Source: Nitrospirota bacterium (GTDB lineage Bacteria > Nitrospirota > Nitrospiria > Nitrospirales > Nitrospiraceae). Taken from it: a DNA stretch of 59,529 bases. Within the stretch, counting starts at the first letter, position 1; the number at the start of each line of letters is the position of its first letter. The notes below the pieces were generated by a model. The model did no database searches. It saw nothing but the letters and a program-made list of their open reading frames with translations, and was not told where the DNA came from. The stretch is from positions 1 through 59,529 of the forward strand of contig JBDTPK010000001.1 of assembly GCA_039932735.1 (NCBI GenBank), read 5' to 3'. Positions 6,581 to 13,600 of this stretch are shown here, piece by piece. Made by a program: the position numbers and the translations under genes.

Positions 6581-9073
6581 ATGACATGGCGCGAGATGGG
6601 AATTGGGCTAGGAGTGTTCGTATTGTTGATAGTATTGGCCTTCGCGGTGGTACATTCCGCATTTGCGCAGTCGGACGCGGCAACCATTACCATTCCACCT
6701 CAAGAGTTGTCGACAGCGCTGACAGCGTTGGCCGAACAAGCGAATCTACAAGTACTCTATGCGTCGGAACTGACGAGCGGGAAAATGACGAAAGGACTCA
6801 CCGGCACGGTCACCCCGGAGGAGGCCGTCCAACAGCTGTTAGACGGCACCGGCCTGGGCTATACGTTTACCGATGCCAAGACCGTGACGCTTCAGGCTGC
6901 GGCGCCGGTTGTTACGAGCCCGGGCGATCTTTCTGCTCCCACGGAACCGAGGACGATCAAACAGAAACCGATAAAAGTTCCAGAAGTCATGGTGCGAGAC
7001 GTTAAAGAACGCAGCTATACCGCCGACGAAGCATCGAGCGCCACGCGCATCCCGGTGCCCATTCAAGAGACGCCCCGATCAGTTGAAGTGGTCACGCAAC
7101 AGGTGATCGAAGACCAAAAGATCATTCGGATGAGCGATGCGCTGTTAAACGTGAGCGGCACGTCCCAGTTCAGCACACAGGGCGGTCAAGGCGGGAGCTT
7201 CATGATACGCGGATTCGCGTCCGACCTGAATGTGTTCAAGAACGGCTTTCGGGATGACAGTACGTTTAGCTCCCGTGCTCAGCGCGACATTATCAATCTC
7301 GAGAGCATCGAAGTGGTGAAGGGTCCGCCGTCCTACCTCTATGGTCGCTCCGATCCGGGCGGTATCATCAATCAGATTACGAAAGCTCCTTTGAGGAATC
7401 CGTATTATTCAGGTGAGATGATCATCGGCAGTTACGGGCTCTATCGCCCGACGGTCGACATCGGGGGGTCGCTGAACGAGAGCAAGACGTTGACCTATCG
7501 GTTCAACGGCATGTACGAATCTGCCGGGAGTTATCGGGACGGGGTAGACTCGAAACGCATCTTCCTCGCGCCGACACTTGGATGGGAAATTGGGCCACGA
7601 ACAACGTTCCGCTTTGAAGGCGAGTATCTCTACGATCGATTACCTATCGATCGAGGCTTGGTGGCAATCGGCGACGGGGTCGCACCCATTCCAATCAGCC
7701 GTTTCTTAGGGGACCCGACGAGAAAAATCGAGACGAATCATGGGAAGGCCACGTTGACGTTGTTACATGAATTTAATGACATGTTCAAATGGCGCACCGC
7801 ATTCAGAGGGGCTGCGACCCACAGCCGATACTCCAGCCTGGAGTCCAATTTTCTGGTGGGTGACGAAAACGATGGAATCCTTGACTTAGCGCGATATGAG
7901 ATTCCGACGACGGTTCAAAGTCACTACTTGCAAAATGAATTGCACGGCCTGTTCTCAACCGGCTCGATCAAGCATAAGACCATTCTTGGCATCGAACTGG
8001 GCCGAGAGGTCTCCTCGGCATCAGCATCCGGTGATTTCGGCGGCGATACATCCACACCGGGAGCGTTCAGCTTCATTAATATCTTCAACCCGAATGACAG
8101 GCTGTTTTTAAACTCGACCCTGACGAAATTCAGCAATACCAAGCAAACCAATAACATTATCGGCCTCTATTTCGGGGATCACATCAGTCTTCTGGAAAAT
8201 CTTCATCTACATGGAGGGGGTCGGTTCGACATTTTCGAACAGAACCTGACCAATCGCCCGGACGATTTTGTGGCAACCCAGACCGAAACCAGTCAAACCA
8301 ATAGAAAGTTCAGCCCATCCATCGGGCTGACATACCAACCGTGGAAGCCCGTAGCCCTCTACGCCAACTACACAGAGTCCTTTGCGCCTCAAGCCTCAGG
8401 ATCAAAAAGCACCACTGGGGCGCTGTTCGACCCGGAAACCGGGAAGGCCTATGAAGGCGGCGTCAAATTCCAGGCATTTGAAAACAGATTGCGGTCAACC
8501 ATCGCCGTGTTCGACATCAAGAAGAAGAATGTATTGACGAACGATCCGCTGAATGGGTTCTTATTTTCTGTCTCGACGGGCCAGCAGCGCAGCAAAGGCA
8601 TCGAATTCGACGTGGCGGGAAGAATACTGCCCGGGTGGGAGATCATCGCCAATTATGCCTATATTGATGCGCGGATCGACAAGGATGTGTTGTTTCTTGA
8701 AGGGAGTCGCGTGTCCAACTCGGCCTTACACCAAGGCAGGGTGTGGACAACCTATTTTTTCCAGGAAGGAGTTGTGAAGGGCTTCGGCGCGGGGATCGGC
8801 ATGTTGGCGCAAGGCAGTCGGAACGGAGTGTTTCAATGCCAGGACCCCGCGAACTGCCAAGCACCCTTCGAGCTTCCTGGCTATGTGAGAATGGACGGCG
8901 CATTGTATTACCGGAAGCAGGATATATTTGATCGAACCAATCTGCTGGCCGCGTTGAACTTTACGAACCTTCTGGATCACCAGTACTTTACCGGCACTCA
9001 AAATTTCAGAGAAATCATCTATACGGGAGCGCCCTTTACCGTGATCGGCTCGCTGAAGCTGGAGTTTAATTAA
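6581..9073 (+). CDS. TonB-dependent siderophore receptor, transducer type with N-terminal signalling (STN) domain
   Basis: Signal peptide, an STN-like segment (ITIPPQELSTALTALAEQANLQVLYASELTSGKMTKGLTGTVTPEEAVQQLLDGTGL), a plug (ETPRSVEVVTQQVIEDQ..., IEVVKGPPS) and a long beta-barrel. A gggggag RBS precedes the ATG. Confidence 0.95.
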   Translation: MTWREMGIGLGVFVLLIVLAFAVVHSAFAQSDAATITIPPQELSTALTALAEQANLQVLYASELTSGKMTKGLTGTVTPEEAVQQLLDGTGLGYTFTDAKTVTLQAAAPVVTSPGDLSAPTEPRTIKQKPIKVPEVMVRDVKERSYTADEASSATRIPVPIQETPRSVEVVTQQVIEDQKIIRMSDALLNVSGTSQFSTQGGQGGSFMIRGFASDLNVFKNGFRDDSTFSSRAQRDIINLESIEVVKGPPSYLYGRSDPGGIINQITKAPLRNPYYSGEMIIGSYGLYRPTVDIGGSLNESKTLTYRFNGMYESAGSYRDGVDSKRIFLAPTLGWEIGPRTTFRFEGEYLYDRLPIDRGLVAIGDGVAPIPISRFLGDPTRKIETNHGKATLTLLHEFNDMFKWRTAFRGAATHSRYSSLESNFLVGDENDGILDLARYEIPTTVQSHYLQNELHGLFSTGSIKHKTILGIELGREVSSASASGDFGGDTSTPGAFSFINIFNPNDRLFLNSTLTKFSNTKQTNNIIGLYFGDHISLLENLHLHGGGRFDIFEQNLTNRPDDFVATQTETSQTNRKFSPSIGLTYQPWKPVALYANYTESFAPQASGSKSTTGALFDPETGKAYEGGVKFQAFENRLRSTIAVFDIKKKNVLTNDPLNGFLFSVSTGQQRSKGIEFDVAGRILPGWEIIANYAYIDARIDKDVLFLEGSRVSNSALHQGRVWTTYFFQEGVVKGFGAGIGMLAQGSRNGVFQCQDPANCQAPFELPGYVRMDGALYYRKQDIFDRTNLLAALNFTNLLDHQYFTGTQNFREIIYTGAPFTVIGSLKLEFN

Positions 9074-9118
9074 TTACGGCGGAACGCATGGGCCTCACCG
9101 TCTGATTGAGACCGACAC

Positions 9119-10324
9119 ATGAGTCATCCGGCATGGCAGAAAATGTGGCTGCGCACCCATTGGTGTCTCGGTTTGTTCGTGGGGTTTGTGTTTGTCTTGA
9201 GCGGTGTGACTGGCAGCACACTGGTGTTTTACCAGGCCATCGATGAGTGGTTGAACCCCGAGCGGCTCATCGTAGCAGGCAGCGGCCCCTATCGGTCGTT
9301 CGATGAGATGGTAGCCGCTGCCAGAGCTGCCCGTCAGGATCTCATAGGGCCAGATGATCTCCTCATGCCGGTCGACGGGCACGGCGTCGTTGTCGCGGAG
9401 TTCAGATCTCCAGCTGAACGACCTCACCGTTTCCACACCATTGAAGTCACAATTGATCCGTATACGGCTACAGTGTTGAGCCACGACCGAGTGTGGGGTG
9501 ACACTTTCGTGTCCGTGTTGTATGAGGTGCACAGGGGGTGGTTGCTTGAAGAAACCGGCGAAACCCTCGTGGGAATCTGTGGGTTACTGTTACTTCTGTC
9601 GGTCGGGACGGGCCTGTATCTGTGGTGGCCTAAGGCGGGGAGAGGTCGGCAAGCGATCACGTTCAACCCTAACGGAAGCACGATCCGTCGATGCTATGAT
9701 CTGCACAAGCTCAGCGGAGTTGTCGGCTCGATTGTGCTGCTGGTGCTCGCCTTCACCGGTCTGTATCTCGAATTTCCGGACTATTTCATTGCTCTCGTCG
9801 AAATCGTTTCCCCCGTTTCCGAAGAGGTTACGTGGCATTCAACGGTGAGCCAAGAAGCGCGCCCTATTACGGTCGATCATGCCGTGGCCATCGCCAAGGA
9901 GCGGTTTCCTACCGCTGAATTGAAGTGGATCGGACTGCCGCAACATGCGGACGACGTAGTTCAAATCGGTCTGCGCCAGCCAGAAGAAGTTCGCCGCACG
10001 AGCGGTGAAAGCATCGTATGGCTCGACCAATACAACGGCGCAGTGTTGGGGGTGCGCGACTGGCGGCTGCTCGCGGGTGGCACAACTTTTCTTGCCTGGC
10101 TGTTTCCCCTGCACAACGGGGAAGCCCTGGGCATCATAGGACGAATCATAGTATTCGTCACCGGTTTCGTCCCACTCATTCTTTATGTCACAGGCGTCCG
10201 CATGTGGTGGTTGAAACGAGTCGCACGCCGACGACAAAAACAAGCACCAGAAGTTGGAATGACCAGAATAAGTATCAATGCATCCCCTACGAGTGAGGAA
10301 CGGCTCACGGTATCTCACAGGTAA
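9119..10324 (+). CDS. PepSY-associated TM-helix protein (PiuB/FoxB-like, putative ferric-siderophore reductase)
   Basis: WLRTHWCLGLFVGFVFVLSGVTGSTLVFYQAIDEWLNPE at the N-terminus, four TM segments, and PLHNGEALGIIGRIIVFVTGFVPLILYVTG near the C-terminus. Confidence 0.85.
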   Translation: MSHPAWQKMWLRTHWCLGLFVGFVFVLSGVTGSTLVFYQAIDEWLNPERLIVAGSGPYRSFDEMVAAARAARQDLIGPDDLLMPVDGHGVVVAEFRSPAERPHRFHTIEVTIDPYTATVLSHDRVWGDTFVSVLYEVHRGWLLEETGETLVGICGLLLLLSVGTGLYLWWPKAGRGRQAITFNPNGSTIRRCYDLHKLSGVVGSIVLLVLAFTGLYLEFPDYFIALVEIVSPVSEEVTWHSTVSQEARPITVDHAVAIAKERFPTAELKWIGLPQHADDVVQIGLRQPEEVRRTSGESIVWLDQYNGAVLGVRDWRLLAGGTTFLAWLFPLHNGEALGIIGRIIVFVTGFVPLILYVTGVRMWWLKRVARRRQKQAPEVGMTRISINASPTSEERLTVSHR

Positions 10325-10435
10325 CGCGTGCCAGACGGTCTTGCATCGGTCTTCCTGCATCTCCGCAGATGCGTAACGGAAGTGTGTACATCCATCAGCA
10401 TCAAGTCATGGTCAGGGTAGACGTCTCTTCTGCGT

Positions 10436-10540
10436 CTTACTCACAAGTTGGTAATTTGGAAAACACAACGTCTTCGTTGACCTTATTCTAAGCCGGTTTT
10501 GTTGGCGGTGCTGTCGTCTTAATTACTGACTACTGAGTAA
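10436..10540. repeat. Right copy of the ~105-bp imperfect inverted repeat (partner at 6..110)
   Basis: See the left copy. This copy lies 28 nt upstream of the first possible start of the NRPS operon. Confidence 0.85.
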
Positions 10541-10609
10541 TCACAGTGAGACATCCCTCGCGTCGAGTTGCTTCTACGAGCTACCTTGAGAAAGAACGGA
10601 CTCCTATCG

Positions 10610-13600
10610 ATGGGCGCTGAATACGAAACCTTCGTCGATCTTTTACAGTGGCGGGTACGTCTGAATCCGAAGCAACTGGCATATACCTTTTTGGTAGATG
10701 GTGAAACAGACGCACTTCACCTTACCTACGGGGAGTTGGATCGCCAGGCTCGGTCCATAGGTGCACGGCTGCAATCATTGGGCGGTATTGGGGAGCGCGC
10801 ACTCTTGCTGTATCCTCCCGGATTGGACTATATCGCCGCCTTTTTCGGCTGCTTGTACGCAGGAGTCATTGCCGTACCGGCCTATCCTCCGCAACGCAGG
10901 CGCACAATGCCCAGACTGCAAGCCATCCTGGAAGACTCGCAGGCCACGCTGGCGCTGACGACGACACAGATCCATGCAAGAGTCCAGCGTCTCTGCAATC
11001 AGGATCCCGGCTTGGATTATTTGCAAAGACCGCAATGGCTGAACACTGATGTGCCGGCACGGGATCTCGAAACAAGCTGGTGCAGGCCTGAGATCAACGG
11101 TCTGACGCTCGCGTTTCTTCAGTACACGTCAGGGTCGACAGGCATACCGAAGGGCGTCATGGTCAGCCACAGCAACCTTCTGGACAACGAGCGGATGATC
11201 ACGCAGGCATTCGGTCATACGGAAGGAACGACTGTGCTCGGATGGTTGCCCCTCTATCACGATATGGGATTGATCGGAAACGTTCTTCAACCGCTCTATC
11301 TCGGTGTGCCGTGCGTGCTCATGTCCCCTATTCACTTTCTCCAGAAGCCTTTCCGATGGCTATCCGCAATCTCGCGATATCGTGCGACGACCAGCGGAGG
11401 GCCGAATTTCGCCTATGACCTGTGTGTGCGTCAGACGACGCCCGAGCAGCGTGCGTCGTTGGATCTCAGTTGCTGGACGGTCGCGTTCAATGGAGCGGAA
11501 CCGATCCACGCCGGCACGCTCGATCGATTCACGGACGCGTTCAGCGCGTCCGGATTCCGTCGCGAGGCGTTTTATCCCTGCTACGGGTTGGCGGAGGGGA
11601 CCTTGCTGGTTTCCGGCGGAGACAGGACGACTCCTCCGGTGCTTCGAACGATCAAAAAGGCGGAATTGCAGCAGCACTGCGTCCTCGCTGCAACTGGAGC
11701 CGATAGAGAGACGCAGCAGTTGGTCGGGTGCGGGTATCCTCGATTTCACCAACAGATCCGCATCGTGAACCCCGAGTCGTTACGAATCTGTCCGGCAGGT
11801 CGTGTCGGAGAAGTGTGGGTGAAGGGCCCAAGTATAGCGGGGGGCTATTGGAATCGACCGGAAGAAACGTCCCAGACGTTCGAGGGCTACACCTCGGACA
11901 GCAGCGAGGGGCCGTTCCTTCGCACGGGTGACCTCGGGTTTGTGCAGGACGGCGAACTGTTCATCACCGGGCGTTTGAAAGACCTCATCATCATCCGTGG
12001 CCGTAATCATTATCCTCACGACATCGAACTGACGGTACAACTGAGTCATGCAAGTCTTCGACCGGAAGGCGGAGCCGCATTCTCTATCGAGCTGCAAGAA
12101 AAGGAATGGCTGGTCGTGGTCCATGAAGTGGAGTCCTGTCGTGTACCATTCGATGGCGAGACGGTAATAGCCGCGATTCGCCAGGCCGTCGCCGAATACC
12201 ATGAAGTGCAAGTCGCCGCGGTTGTCCTCATCAAGGCTGGGACTCTCCCCAAAACGTCGAGCGGAAAGGTCCAGCGGAGTCTGTGCCGCATGAAGTTTCT
12301 CGCCCGGGAATTCGATGTGATCGAGCAGTCCGTTTCGCCGCCTTCTCTTATTGGAGGTGGAAACGAAGCGGGTGAGCGGGCGGCCGTTGTGCAAGGGGAT
12401 GATCTTGAAAAGATCGTCGTCGAGATTTGGTCGAAAGTGTTGCAGCAGCCGACGATCCGGCCGCAGGACAATTTTTTTGCCATGGGCGGGGACTCATTGC
12501 GTGGCACGCAGGTGCTAGCCCGTTTGCAGGAAACCTGTCGGATCGATGTGCCATTGGACGCGCTCTTCGACTATCCGACCGCGGCTGAATTCGCCGCCCA
12601 TATCGAGACCCTCACGCCCCCTGCTGGCGCGTCCTCGGATGTCACCATCCACGCCGCGTCGCGGGAGGGGGCAGTGCCTCTATCGTTTGCGCAGGAACGG
12701 TTCTGGTTTCTCGAACAGCTGTCACCGGGAACTCCGTTCAACAATATTCCCATCGCCCTGCGGCTGAACGGCTCGCTCGATGTGGAGGTGCTTCGTCGAT
12801 CACTCGACGAAATCGTTCGACGCCATGAGATTCTCCGTGCCTCCTTCGTGCTGCACAACGGCCAACCGGCCCAGATTATTGCTCCCCGTCTCGACATTCC
12901 GTTTTCGACCGAAGACCTGAATCGTGCCTCCGAGTCAAGCCGGGAAGAGCAGCTCCAACGCCTGGTCGAAGAGGAAGCCCGCCGTCCGTTTGATTTCATG
13001 AGGGAGCCACTTCTTCGCCTTCGATTGTTCCGAATCAGCGAAACAGACCATGTGCTGTCGTTGACTGTCCACCATATCGTCGCGGACGGCTGGTCCATGG
13101 GTCTTCTCAGCCGGGAACTGGCGGCGTTGTATCACGCATTCATCGAGGGCCGTGTTTCTCCGTTGCCGGCTCTTCCGATCCAGTATCTCGATGTGGCGCT
13201 TCATCAGAGACAAGGCGTCCGAGAGGAAGAGTTCCAGCGGCAAGCGACCTACTGGCAGCAGCGTCTTGATCATGTTTCGAACATACTGAGTCTGCCGTTC
13301 GATTATCCCCGCCCGGAAGTACAGGGGTATCGAGGGGCGCGCCATGATTGGACGCTGGAGGCATCGGTCGTGCAGCAGTTGCGGACGGTGGGGTCTCGAC
13401 ATCGGACGACGTTGTTCATGACGCTGCTGGCAGCCTTCAACATCCTGTTGTTCCGCTATAGCGGCCAATCCGATTTCTGTGTCGGTACGCCGGTGGCCAA
13501 TCGCAACCGAATCGAGTGCGAACCGCTGATCGGCTGCTTCGTCAACACGGTGGCCTTGGGCGCCGATCTTTCCGGCAATCCGTCCCTTCCTGAGTTTCTC

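Noticed and set aside
6559-7005. 148-aa + strand ORF overlapping the start of the receptor gene
   Set aside because: It is an alternative frame of the TonB-dependent receptor, whose own frame carries the signal peptide, STN and plug motifs.
10447-10480. TAATT-N18-CGT inside the right inverted repeat, resembling the PvdS iron-starvation box TAAAT-N16-CGT
   Set aside because: Both the -35 element and the spacing deviate from the consensus. The left copy has CGG instead of CGT. This is not enough to call an ECF promoter.
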